From: Longimicrobiales bacterium
GTDB lineage: Bacteria > Gemmatimonadota > Gemmatimonadetes > Longimicrobiales > Gaopeijiaceae
Assembly (NCBI GenBank): GCA_965218295.1
Contig: CBDCKN010000009.1
Location: 256,001 to 320,000, forward strand
Length of the DNA: 64,000 nt
Reading direction: 5' to 3'
The notes under the pieces were generated by a model. The model was not told the origin of the DNA. It searched no databases and was given only the letters and a program-made list of their open reading frames with translations. Each line of letters opens with the position of its first letter. Within the stretch, counting starts at the first letter, position 1. Shown here piece by piece: positions 1 to 9,654 of this stretch. The translations under genes were made by a program, and so were the position numbers.

Positions 1-1
1 G

Positions 2-160
2 CTGTGGGGAGACGAGATCTACATCGGGCTGTTCCTCGAGAACGACCGGCCCTCCCTGGACTCGCTCGAACCGGTCATCGCCGACGGGGTTCCCCTCGCA
101 CGCCGTCCCCTCGGACTCAGCAGCGAGCAGGCCAGCAAGCTGATCGGCCGAATGATGTAG
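2..160 (+). CDS. 3' end of a hypothetical protein (partial, runs off the window)
   Basis: Frame +2 is open from the window edge (LWGDEIYIGLFLENDRPSLDSLEPVIADG...GRMM*) with GC-rich codon usage; not in the ORF track because it has no start. Confidence 0.55.
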   Translation: MWGDEIYIGLFLENDRPSLDSLEPVIADGVPLARRPLGLSSEQASKLIGRMM

Positions 161-414
161 AGGGAGCGGGTAAGGGAAATACCGCGTGACGGTCTCGGGA
201 CGCGACTGACCGAGCTCTTCGAGGGACCGGCCTAGTCGGATTGCCGCCCGTACTCCGCGAGCACGTGCGGGTCGAGACCGATGCCCCAGCCCGGCTGGTC
301 AGCGGGCTCCACGAAGCCGTCTTTCGCTCGCGGTCAGCAGATATTGGTCGCGCAGTACGATCGCCAGTCCTGTGGGAAGGTCATCCACGTTCTGGCGCAA
401 GTCTCGGGATCAAC

Positions 415-1062
415 ATGAATGGCCCATTCAGCCTGCCGGAGGGAACCACGTGGCATGACCTCCGCACACCGTCCGTCGCTTCGCTCGTGCTCGCGAACCT
501 CATTCCGCTGGCGGGCACGCTGTTCTTCGGGTGGAGTAGCGGAGTCATCCTGGTCTTGTACTGGTTCGAGACCGCCGTCATCGGCTTCTACTCGATACTG
601 AAGCTGCCCTTCGCGCAGCGCTGGTACGCTCTCTTGACCGTCCCGTTCTTCATGGTCCATTTCGGGGCCTTCATCGGCATCACCGGATTCGTCGCGCTGG
701 GCTCCTACCTCTTCATCGATGGCGTCGAGGGGGAAGGGCTGGAGCTTCTGATGCCGATCCGGTTCGAGCTGATAACGTTCATTCCCGCGATCATCGTGAG
801 TCACGGCGTCTCGTTCGTGACCAACTTCATCGGCAAGAAGGAGTACCTACGGGAAAGTGACGAGGAAGTCCTCATGGCCGCGCCTTACATGCGCGTGTTA
901 GCGATGTTTGCGCTCATCTTCTTGGGTGCCCTGGCGGTCGGGCTCACCCGGGCGCCAGTCGCATTGATGGGCGTGTTCGTCGCGCTGAAGATCGTCGTGG
1001 ATACGATCGCGCATCTTCGGGAGCACGCGATCACGTCGAGCACCTGGCCATCAAGACGATAG
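415..1062 (+). CDS. DUF6498-family membrane protein
   Basis: LVLANLIPLAGTLFFGWS..LVLYWFET, FFMVHFGAF, APYMRV, HLREH motifs; multiple TM segments. Confidence 0.75.
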   Translation: MNGPFSLPEGTTWHDLRTPSVASLVLANLIPLAGTLFFGWSSGVILVLYWFETAVIGFYSILKLPFAQRWYALLTVPFFMVHFGAFIGITGFVALGSYLFIDGVEGEGLELLMPIRFELITFIPAIIVSHGVSFVTNFIGKKEYLRESDEEVLMAAPYMRVLAMFALIFLGALAVGLTRAPVALMGVFVALKIVVDTIAHLREHAITSSTWPSRR

Positions 1063-1268
1063 TACAGGGCATAGGGGAAGCGCCCCAGAAGGGCTCTTCG
1101 ATGACCCACCGCGATTTCGGGGAACGCCTCAGGCAGCTCCGAGATGAGTTCGATGACTTGCTCCAGCGCCCGAAGGAAGTCGTCGCCCAATCCGGCTCGT
1201 TGCTCATCGTACCATTCCCTGGCCGATGCCACGTCCGAAGCCGCCTCCGTGCGGAAGCGGACCCTCAC
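885..1268 (-). CDS. ParE/RelE-family toxin; native C-terminus apparently lost, ORF reads on into the antisense of DUF6498
   Basis: EAASDVASAREWYDEQRAGLGDDFL...RRALLGRFPYALYY..LDVIAC; similarity stops at about position 1022. Confidence 0.8.
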   Translation of the reverse strand: MRVRFRTEAASDVASAREWYDEQRAGLGDDFLRALEQVIELISELPEAFPEIAVGHRRALLGRFPYALYYRLDGQVLDVIACSRRCAIVSTTIFSATNTPINATGARVSPTARAPKKMSANIANTRM

Positions 1269-1270
1269 AC

Positions 1271-1485
1271 CTAGATCGACCTCTTCAACCGGTCCCGCAC
1301 CTCTCCCAGGGGACATACTTCGGCTCAGGGTCCGCTAGGCGCCTCTCCAATTCTCGGACATGCCACTCTGGAATGGGCACGTCCTCAGGGCTAGCTGCGA
1401 TGGCGTCCCAGGCCTCGCCCAATAGCTCGATACGCTCCTCAGGCGGGAGGCGGAGTATCTCGGTCAGAAGAGCTTGCTTCGTCAT
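1271..1485 (-). CDS. Addiction-module antitoxin (TIGR02574-like), probable 1-nt indel near the C-terminus
   Basis: LPPEERIELLGEAWDAI...IPEWHVRELERRL; adding one G gives PWEEVRDRLKRSI* ending just before the toxin GTG. Confidence 0.8.
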
Positions 1486-1543
1486 GCCTTTAATCTCACT
1501 CCCCAGTCCCGATCCCAGCAATGGCTAGATGGGTCGAGGTGAG

Positions 1544-1613
1544 GCATAACGGATCTGGGTTTCTGCTGCCGGACCTCGCAGCTTACCCTGTCAACAGCAA
1601 ACCCTTGTTAGGC
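1544..1613 (-). repeat. attC: Integron attC recombination site (70 bp)
   Basis: Minus strand GCCTAAC AAGGGTTTGCTG...CAGCAGAAACCC AGATCC GTTATGC: RYYYAAC...GTTRRRY-type ends with a complementary inner stem containing bulged bases. Confidence 0.8.
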
Positions 1614-1619
1614 TGCTCA

Positions 1620-2520
1620 CGATCGACCGTATCTTCGAGCGTCACGACCTGATCACGAAGAAGCGCCGACGCTCCGGTAAGCCGGGCCATCCCGGTAAGC
1701 CACTCACCCCCATGGACGAGCCCAATGCGGTCTGGACGGTCGACTTCAAAGGCCAGTTCAAGATGCTCAACGGCCGCTACTGCTATCCCCTTACCATCCA
1801 GGACGGTTTCAGCCGATTCCTGCTCGAGTGCAGAGGGCTGTACTCCACGTCGATCGAGCTCGCCAAGCCCGTATTCATCAAGGTCTTCCGTGAGTTCGGC
1901 GTTCCCGCCGTCATCCGCTCCGACAACGGCACGCCCTTCGCTTCCATCGGCCTCGCTCGGCTCACACGCCTCAGCGCTTGGTGGATCCGGCTCGGCATCC
2001 GTCCTGAGACCATCGAGCCTGGTAAGCCGCAGCAGAATGGCCGTCACGAACGCATGCACCGAACCCTCAAGCGCGAAGCCACTCGGCCGCCGAAGGCCAA
2101 CCTCCGTGCCCAGCAGCGTCACTTCAACCACTTCCGCCGCACCTTCAATTCCATCCGGCCGCATGAGGCGCTCGACGATGCGACGCCCGATTCAGTCTAC
2201 CGATCGGCTCTTAGAGCCTACCCCGATGTCCTTCCGCCTATCGAATACCCCGAGCACTTCGAGGTCCGTAAGGTCTCTACGAACGGAGGCATCCGCTGGC
2301 ACTCGCGTTGGATCAACATCAGCTCGGCGCTCGGCAACGAGTTCATCGGGCTCGAACCCATCGGTCCCGCTCTGTGGCAAATCTACTTCGGACCCATTAC
2401 CCTCGGGTGGTTTGACGAAGAACTCTTCGTCATTTTCGACACCCACGGCAACACAGGACGTAACCCAATCTGTTAACCATCAGCTGGCACCATTGTGTCA
2501 ACCATCAGGTGCGCTGTTCA
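1620..2520 (+). mobile_element. 5'-truncated IS481-family element (integrase core, ORF 1712..2476)
   Basis: WTVDFKG, RSDNGTPF, PGKPQQNGRHERMHRTLK DDE motifs; upstream frame starts mid-HTH (TIDRIFERHDL); repeated TGTYAACCATCAG at the right end; TGCTCA on both flanks (1614-1619, 2521-2526). Confidence 0.85.
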
Positions 2521-2531
2521 TGCTCACCCAC

Positions 2532-2930
2532 CTACTCGCCGATATCCATGCCCAGAATGAAGGCTATGCCAAACGCGACCAATTGAACCCTCAGTAGCGG
2601 GAGATACCAAATCAGCGGAGCGACAGCGTATAAGAACCACTGCTTAACGCCTAGGGCGTGGAGTTTTCTGAACGCATACGCCGAACCAAGCACGACCGCT
2701 CCGAGACCCAGTAGATCTACCAATATCCAGGTAGCTGTACTCCCCTCCAGGCCTTTCAACAGGCTAAGGAAGAGCGGATACGGCCAGAAAAATGCTGACA
2801 TCTGCGCCACGTCAGCCGGCTCGCCGAGTACAGTCCTTAGGGCGGGATGGAGGAAGGGGAGGGAGCAGAATGCGGCATAAAGCGACGCGCTGATTAGAAC
2901 CAAGGTGCGAATCGACGGTGCGGCTATCAT
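2532..2930 (-). CDS. Hypothetical membrane protein, integron gene cassette
   Basis: Hydrophobic ~132 aa ORF with lower GC; ATG lies 17 nt after a GTTAGAC core site, and the stop sits just before the IS-displaced attC. Confidence 0.6.
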   Translation of the reverse strand: MIAAPSIRTLVLISASLYAAFCSLPFLHPALRTVLGEPADVAQMSAFFWPYPLFLSLLKGLEGSTATWILVDLLGLGAVVLGSAYAFRKLHALGVKQWFLYAVAPLIWYLPLLRVQLVAFGIAFILGMDIGE

Positions 2931-2947
2931 CCGAAGTCCATTGGGCT

Positions 2948-2975
2948 GTCTAACTAATAACTGTACCGCGAATCC
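2948..2975 (-). other. attI-like site (GTTAGAC core preceded by an AT-rich tract)
   Basis: Minus strand CGCGGTACAGTTATTA GTTAGAC; no inverse core or attC stem upstream. Confidence 0.4.
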
Positions 2976-3990
2976 TCTGGAGCTTCTGAATCGGATCCGC
3001 TGCGTGAATGGCAACGTAGGCGAGACCGGGAGGGCCGGATAGCCCCGGGGCAGCCCCCGCTTGTGGCTCCTATGCCTTCGGATTTGGGCTGCGCTGGGGA
3101 CGTGCTGGTTGCGTCGGAAGGCGGTTGGTGGGTGGCAGCCCAGTCCCGGTCCTCGGGTCGATCAAGTGGGCTGCTGAGTCCGGGACCCGTGATTGCGCCA
3201 AGTGCCGGGAGTGGAAGGCGGCGCACGGCCAAGCCGGAGCACGCACGACCTGTGTCATACGTATGGTCCGGCTCAAAACCTACGTATGTTGCCTGCCCCT
3301 CACGTCATCGCGACCCGTCAAAGGGCTTTTGTTTTTGCCTATCCTTAAGCAGCGAAGACCTCCAAAGAACTTCTGATCGCTTCAGGCGTTCCCTCCATGC
3401 ACAGTCTGCCGCTCTCCACCGCCTGTTCGACCGAGAGGAACCGCCCGGTGGCGCGTCCGCTCGTTTCCCCGGGCGCTTCACCACCACGGTGTCCCTCGGC
3501 GATCCGTCGGGCACCACCGACCCCATGCCACCCACAGTCGTGACGTTCGGCCTCTCGCCTTCATACGGCATCCGCACTGCTCGTGAAGCGCTCGCCCATA
3601 TCGCGTTCTCTGACATACGCGACCTGTCCAGCCCCGGTCTTGACCATCGTAAGCTCATCCTGAGTCATGGTTCAGGGCTCTCCTTCAGAAGTGGCCTCGG
3701 GAACGAACGGCGCCACTGGCCCACTGGTTGTGAGCTTCACATTCGGAGCTTACGATAGCGGACGACCCCCAAGCTGTACACGGGAGTCAGTCGCACCGCG
3801 TCGAGGTTCAGCGGATGAGCTTCTCGAGCTCCTTCAGCCGGTAGGAACCGGCCTTTGATGTTAAACATGGCAGTGCTGGAGCAGCCGTAGAGGAGGGCCG
3901 TGGTCCTGACTTCGTCTCGTGCTTTCACGAGCGCTGTCAGGCCGGCGAGCCCCTTGCGACGTGACGGTACTCGCAAGAAAGGAAGATACG

Positions 3991-5610
3991 ATGAAGCGCA
4001 CGATCAAGAGATTCGCGTTGGGCCTGGCGCTGGCGATCGGAGCGGGGTGGGTCGCCTGTGGTGGCCCGTCGGCTGATGCTGCCGACTGCGAGGCGCTCTT
4101 CCCGCCAAGACCTTTACCTGGTCATCCTCCGCTGCCGACGGCGGACTTCACGACCATTCAGGATGCGCCGACGCAGGTGACGGAAGCCCGGGTGGTGGAT
4201 GCCACCGGCGATGTGCCCGCCCATTGCCGTGTGGAGGGCTATGTCTCGCCCAATGTCGAGTTCGTGTTACGAATGCCGAGGAGCTCCGACTGGAACGGCA
4301 ACTTTCTGGAGGCGAGCCCTGGCGGCTATGGCGGCTCGACGGAGGCGCGGGCCCCCTGGTGCCTTGAGGGATTGCGGAGAGGCTATGCCTGCATCACGCA
4401 CGATACGGGCCATACCGGCATAAGCTCCAGGGCCTCGTGGGCCTACAACAATCTCCAGGCGGAGTTTGATTACGGCATCCGCGGCCACCATGTCGTCGCC
4501 CTGGCGGGCAAGGCCATCATAGAACACTACTACGGCAGGGCGCCAGAGTTCTCCTATCATATCGGCTCCTCCGGTGGCGGCAAGCAGGGGATGGTCGAAG
4601 CGCAGCGATTTCCATGGAACTTCGACGGCATTCTCGCCATAGTGCCCTCCAACGTGACGTCCACGGGCGTCATGATCCTTTGGAACGCCCTGGCGACTCA
4701 TGACGAGGACGGCAATCCGCTTTTCACGCCCGCCGATCTGGACGTGCTTCACGAGGGAGCCCTCGCCGCATGCGATGCGGACGATGGCCTCGAGGATGGG
4801 ATCATCGGTGGCGATCCCCGGACCTGTGAATTCGATCCTGCCGCACTGACCTGCGAGCCGGGTCAGAGATCGGGCTGTCTGTCGCCGGTCCAGGTGGAGG
4901 GGGCCAGGAAAGTCTACGAGGGGCCGGTGACGTCGAAAGGCGAGAAGCTCAGCAAATACTTCCCCTTTTACCCCGCTCTGCCCGGCTCGGAGAAGGGTAC
5001 CTACTTTTCCATGGATCGCGAGTATAAGACCAATTACTGGCAGTACATGGGTTTCAATCCGGATCCGGGGCCGAGCTGGAAGGCGACCGATTTTGATTTC
5101 GACCACGATTACAAGCGCACCGGGATGATGGACGCGATTGTGATGGGCTACAGCAATCCCGATCTGCGTAACTTCAAGGCTGCGGGTGGCAAGCTGATGA
5201 TCATCCAGGGCTGGGAAGACTCCGGCGCGAACGGGCCGCGAGTCAGCGTCGACTACTATGAGATGGCGGAAAGAATCATAGGCGGGCGGGCCAGCACCCA
5301 GGAATTTTATCGCCTCTTCATGATTCCGGGGGGCGCGCATGGCAATAGTGGCGATGGCGCGGCCAGCGGCGACTTTCTCAGTTATCTCGAAGCCTGGGTC
5401 GAAGAGGGTCAGGCGCCCGATATGATTATCGGCTACCATACCGAAGATTGGGCCAAAGATACGACTGGGTTGTTGAGAGGGCTGAGGAACCCCGACAGGT
5501 ACGAATTCACTCGGGCCCATTATCCATATCCGCTGCAAGCGAGATACAAAGGCAGCGGCAATCCTAACGACTACCGGAGCTTCGAGCCTGTCGAACCAAG
5601 GCGTCGCTGA
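3991..5610 (+). CDS. Tannase/feruloyl esterase family alpha/beta hydrolase (paralog 1)
   Basis: WNGNF, HDTGH, GSSGGGKQG, FDGI, CDADDGLEDG, GGKLMIIQGWED, RLFMIPG, YPLQARYKG; signal peptide. Confidence 0.9.
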   Translation: MKRTIKRFALGLALAIGAGWVACGGPSADAADCEALFPPRPLPGHPPLPTADFTTIQDAPTQVTEARVVDATGDVPAHCRVEGYVSPNVEFVLRMPRSSDWNGNFLEASPGGYGGSTEARAPWCLEGLRRGYACITHDTGHTGISSRASWAYNNLQAEFDYGIRGHHVVALAGKAIIEHYYGRAPEFSYHIGSSGGGKQGMVEAQRFPWNFDGILAIVPSNVTSTGVMILWNALATHDEDGNPLFTPADLDVLHEGALAACDADDGLEDGIIGGDPRTCEFDPAALTCEPGQRSGCLSPVQVEGARKVYEGPVTSKGEKLSKYFPFYPALPGSEKGTYFSMDREYKTNYWQYMGFNPDPGPSWKATDFDFDHDYKRTGMMDAIVMGYSNPDLRNFKAAGGKLMIIQGWEDSGANGPRVSVDYYEMAERIIGGRASTQEFYRLFMIPGGAHGNSGDGAASGDFLSYLEAWVEEGQAPDMIIGYHTEDWAKDTTGLLRGLRNPDRYEFTRAHYPYPLQARYKGSGNPNDYRSFEPVEPRRR

Positions 5611-5636
5611 GGTCAAAGAAAAGAAAGGAAGATACG

Positions 5637-7307
5637 ATGAAGCGCACGATCAACAGATTCGCGGTGTGCCTAGCGCTGGCGATGGGAGCGGTGTGGGTCG
5701 GGGCAGGCAGCCCGAGCGCCGGTGCGATCCTGGCCGCTGAGACAGATCTCAGCGAGGCGGCCCGGCCCGGTGGGCCGTCGGCTGCTGTCGCCGACTGCGA
5801 GGCGCTCTTGCCGACAAGCACTTTACCTGGTCGTCCTACGCTGCCGACGCCGGACTTCACGACCATTCAAGATGCGCCGACGCAGGTGACGGAAGCCCGG
5901 GTGGTGAATGCCGCCGGCGATGTGCCCGCCCATTGTCGTGTGGAGGGCTATGTCTCACCCAATGTCGAATTCGTGTTACGACTGCCGAGGAGCTCCGACT
6001 GGAACGGCAACTTTCTGGAGGCGAGCCTTGGCGGCTATGGCGGCTCGACGGAGGCGCAGGCCCCCTGGTGCGATGAGGCATTGCGGAGAGGCTCTGCCTG
6101 TATCTCGCACGATACGGGGCATACGGGCCTAGGATCCAGGGCCTCGTGGGCCTACAACAATCTCCAGGCGGAGTTTGATTACGGCATCCGCGGTCACCAT
6201 GTCGCCGCCCTGGCGGGCAAGGCCATCACAGAACACTACTACGGCAGGGCGCCAGAGTTCTCCTATCATGTCGGCTGTTCCGGCGGCGGCAAGCAGGGGA
6301 TGGTCGAAGCGCAGCGATTTCCGTGGAACTTCGACGGCATTCTTGCCCTGGAGCCCTCCACCGTGACGGCCTCGGGCATCCTGCTCCTGTGGAACTCCCT
6401 GGCGACTCATGACGAGGACGGCTTTCCACTTTTCACGCCCGCGGATCTGAACGTGCTTCACGCGGGAGCCATCGCCGCATGCGATGCGGACGATGGCCTC
6501 GAGGATGGGATCATCGGTGGCGATCCCCGGACCTGTGAATTCGATCCTGCTGAACTGACCTGCGAGCGGGGTCAGAGATCGGGCTGTCTGTCGCCGGTCC
6601 AGGTGGAGGCAGCCAGGAAAGTCTACAGCGGGCCGGTGACGTCGGAAGGCGAGAGGCTCAGCAGATACTTCCCCTGGTACCCCGCCACGCCCGGCTCGGA
6701 GCTGGGCAACTACTTTTCCATGGATCGCGAGTATAAGACCAGTTACTGGCAGTACATGGGTTTCAATCCGGATCCGGGGCCGAGCTGGCATTCGAGCGAT
6801 TTTGATTTCGACCACGATTACAAGCGCACCGGGATGATGGACGCGATTGTGAGTGGCTACAGCAATCCCGATCTGCGTAACTTGAAGGCTGCGGGTGGCA
6901 AGCTGATGGTCATCCAGGGCTGGGACGACGACGGTCTTCCCGGGCCGCAAGTCAGCGTCGACTACTATGAGATGGCGGAAAAAATCATAGGCGGGCGGGC
7001 CAGCACCCAGGAATTTTATCGCCTCTTCATGATTCCGGGGCGGTCGCATTGCCGTGGTGGCGTTGGTGCGTCTAACGGCGACTTTCTCAGCTATCTAGAA
7101 GCCTGGGTCGAAGAGGGTCAGGCGCCCGATATGATGATAGGCTATCATGCCGACGGAAAGACTCGGTTTGAAGCGAATTCATCGGTACCCGACAGGTACG
7201 AATTCACTCGGCCTCATTATCCATATCCGCTACAGGCGAGATACAAAGGCAGCGGCGATCCTAACGACTACCGGAATTTCGAGCCTGTCGAACCAAGGCG
7301 TCGCTGA
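5637..7307 (+). CDS. Tannase/feruloyl esterase family alpha/beta hydrolase (paralog 2)
   Basis: Near-duplicate of paralog 1; GCSGGG and SHCRGG give the intact CS-D-HC motif. Confidence 0.92.
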   Translation: MKRTINRFAVCLALAMGAVWVGAGSPSAGAILAAETDLSEAARPGGPSAAVADCEALLPTSTLPGRPTLPTPDFTTIQDAPTQVTEARVVNAAGDVPAHCRVEGYVSPNVEFVLRLPRSSDWNGNFLEASLGGYGGSTEAQAPWCDEALRRGSACISHDTGHTGLGSRASWAYNNLQAEFDYGIRGHHVAALAGKAITEHYYGRAPEFSYHVGCSGGGKQGMVEAQRFPWNFDGILALEPSTVTASGILLLWNSLATHDEDGFPLFTPADLNVLHAGAIAACDADDGLEDGIIGGDPRTCEFDPAELTCERGQRSGCLSPVQVEAARKVYSGPVTSEGERLSRYFPWYPATPGSELGNYFSMDREYKTSYWQYMGFNPDPGPSWHSSDFDFDHDYKRTGMMDAIVSGYSNPDLRNLKAAGGKLMVIQGWDDDGLPGPQVSVDYYEMAEKIIGGRASTQEFYRLFMIPGRSHCRGGVGASNGDFLSYLEAWVEEGQAPDMMIGYHADGKTRFEANSSVPDRYEFTRPHYPYPLQARYKGSGDPNDYRNFEPVEPRRR

Positions 7308-7454
7308 GGTCGTACGTTCCGCCGTAAAAGCCCCGGGTCCCACGAGATCCGCTACCAGGTTGGCATCTGGGAGCGCGAGTAGACGTGCGCTTGTTCAGCA
7401 TCAACGGGGTCGATCCCTCGAGGGCGGTGTTAGATCCGGGCGCCAGTGTCGAGT

Positions 7455-8276
7455 ATGACAGCTCACACTCCGAATCGGGCCGCAACCGCCGCTGTGCAAC
7501 GGACTCGGGCCGCGTCGGTAGGGTGCTTCGTCGCCGCGCTGCTGCTCCCGGTCCCCCCGATGGGGACAGCTGCGCAGGGCATCCCGACGGCGGAGATCAC
7601 GAGTCGATTCCAGGTCGGCTTCTTCGGAGGGTACCTGTCGCACAGCCTGTTGGGCGAGGTAACCGGAACGCTCACGACCGCCACGGGCGATCTGAGCGTG
7701 TCGACGGACGTGGAAGCCGAAGCGACGAACGTGATCGGCGGGCTCATCGGATGGCGCCTCTCCAACGCAGCCGCAGTAAGGGTACGCGCGGCCAGGAGTG
7801 GAACGCACATCAGGCTGATCGTTCTGGCTACTCCGATGGGAGGATTCGGCGCGCAGCGGTTCACCTTCGGTGACCTCGGCGACGTCGAGACCTGGCTCGC
7901 GGACGCCGAGCTGTTGTGGGAGCCCATCAGCAGCGAGACCAATGCCACCCCGTACGTGGTCGCCGGGGTTGGCGTCTCTCACTGGGACATCACCGGACTG
8001 GAGGACCTCGGCTCGCTACCGCCGCTGCTCGAGACTCCCGTCAACCTGAGCCCGGTGAACGTGACGCTCCCCGCAGTGACCCTGGCCGTAGGCGTCTCGT
8101 ACTCGCCGACTGACGCCTTCACGGTCGCGCTCGAGCTGTCCGATCACATCAGTGGCAACCCACTGGCGGATGATGACTTCAGGCTCGGTACGTCCTTCAC
8201 CGGCTTCGGAAGGGTGAAGGACCTGGTCCACAGCGTGTCGCTATCTGTAGGGCTCCACGCAGACCTCGGCGGATAG
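7455..8276 (+). CDS. Probable outer-membrane beta-barrel protein
   Basis: Signal peptide, amphipathic strands, TPYVVAGVG motif, terminal SLSVGLH strand. Confidence 0.5.
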   Translation: MTAHTPNRAATAAVQRTRAASVGCFVAALLLPVPPMGTAAQGIPTAEITSRFQVGFFGGYLSHSLLGEVTGTLTTATGDLSVSTDVEAEATNVIGGLIGWRLSNAAAVRVRAARSGTHIRLIVLATPMGGFGAQRFTFGDLGDVETWLADAELLWEPISSETNATPYVVAGVGVSHWDITGLEDLGSLPPLLETPVNLSPVNVTLPAVTLAVGVSYSPTDAFTVALELSDHISGNPLADDDFRLGTSFTGFGRVKDLVHSVSLSVGLHADLGG

Positions 8277-8280
8277 GTCG

Positions 8281-9645
8281 TTGTCAGGCTCTCACACCAA
8301 TATTAACCGGCTCCGACCCTTCGCGGCCGCGCGGCCGGCATTCCAGAGTGGCCAAGATACGCCACGAGCTTTCCTGGAACGCTGCCTCGAGGCCATCGAC
8401 GAGCGTAATGAAGAGATCAAGGCCTTTGCTACGTTGAATGTCGACGCGGCCCGGGGCGCGGCCGATGCCTCGACGCGCCGCTACGGCGAGAACCGGCCTT
8501 TATCCCTGATCGATGGTTGTCCGGTCGGCGTGAAGGACATTATGGACACGTTCGACATGCCGACGGAGATGAACTCGGCCGTGCGCAGGGGCCACCGGCC
8601 CAAGGGCGACGCCGCTTGCGTTCGTGCGCTGCGCCACGGGGGCGCCATCATTCTCGGTAAGACCGTGACGACCGAGTTCGCCTGCGGCATATCGGGTCCA
8701 ACGAGCAATCCCTACGACAGGGCGCGGACGCCCGGGGGCTCGTCGAGCGGGTCGGGTGCGGCCGTGGGCTCGGGCATGCTGCCGGTCGCCCTGGGAACGC
8801 AAACCGCGGGGTCGGTGATCCGCCCCGCCTCCTATTGCGGGACCTATGGCGTCAAACCCTCCTTCGGCGCGACGAACCTGGGCGGCGTGCATCCGGTTTC
8901 CGGCACCCGCGATCACCTGGGCGTCCTCGGCGCGAGCCTCGAGGATACCTGGCGCACGGCCCATCACATGTCCACGGTGGCCGGCAGTGCGGCCGGCTAC
9001 CGGTGCATGCCCGGCGGCCCGGAATTGCCGGCCGCAAAGAGGCCGCGCCGCCTCGCCCGCCTTCACCTGAGCGGCTGGGCGGAGACCGACGCGAACAGCC
9101 GGGCCGCCTTCGACGAGATGGTCTCGCGCCTTCGCGATGAAGGCGTCGACGTCCCGGGGCCTGAGGACGACCCGGACCTCGCGGCGCTCGACGCGGCGGC
9201 CGTCGAAGTCGAGGCGCCGGGCCATGACATCATGTGCTACGAGATGCGCTGGCCCTACCTCGCCTACAAGGACGCGGGGCACGGGCTGAGCCAAACCATT
9301 CTCGACTATCTCGACCACGGCGAGGAGGTGACGCCCGGCATGTATGAGCGCGCGTTGGGGCGGCGGCGACAGGCGCGGGACCGCGTGATGGCCTCTGGCG
9401 ACTCCGTGGACGCATGCATCACGCTGTCTTCCTCCGGACCGGCTCCGCTGGACCGCGCCTACACCGGCAGCCGCGCCTTTCAGACCGCGTGGACCGTGAT
9501 CGGATTTCCTACGCTCGGCTTGCCGCTTCTCGTCGTCGACGGACTGCCGCTCGGGGTCCAGGTCATGGGTTTCGAGGGACGCGACCATGAGCTCGTCGCG
9601 ATCGCGCGCTGGATCGACGACCTGTTTTCGAGCGCGGACCGCTAG
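8281..9645 (+). CDS. Amidase signature family protein
   Basis: GVKD, GKTVTTEFA, TPGGSSSGSGAAV, LGTQTAGSVIRPASYCG. Confidence 0.92.
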   Translation: MSGSHTNINRLRPFAAARPAFQSGQDTPRAFLERCLEAIDERNEEIKAFATLNVDAARGAADASTRRYGENRPLSLIDGCPVGVKDIMDTFDMPTEMNSAVRRGHRPKGDAACVRALRHGGAIILGKTVTTEFACGISGPTSNPYDRARTPGGSSSGSGAAVGSGMLPVALGTQTAGSVIRPASYCGTYGVKPSFGATNLGGVHPVSGTRDHLGVLGASLEDTWRTAHHMSTVAGSAAGYRCMPGGPELPAAKRPRRLARLHLSGWAETDANSRAAFDEMVSRLRDEGVDVPGPEDDPDLAALDAAAVEVEAPGHDIMCYEMRWPYLAYKDAGHGLSQTILDYLDHGEEVTPGMYERALGRRRQARDRVMASGDSVDACITLSSSGPAPLDRAYTGSRAFQTAWTVIGFPTLGLPLLVVDGLPLGVQVMGFEGRDHELVAIARWIDDLFSSADR

Positions 9646-9654
9646 GGCGCGTGC

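Noticed and set aside
3063..3758. 231-aa ORF as a possible integron integrase
   Set aside because: No tyrosine-recombinase R..HxxR..Y motifs; composition is unlike real genes here
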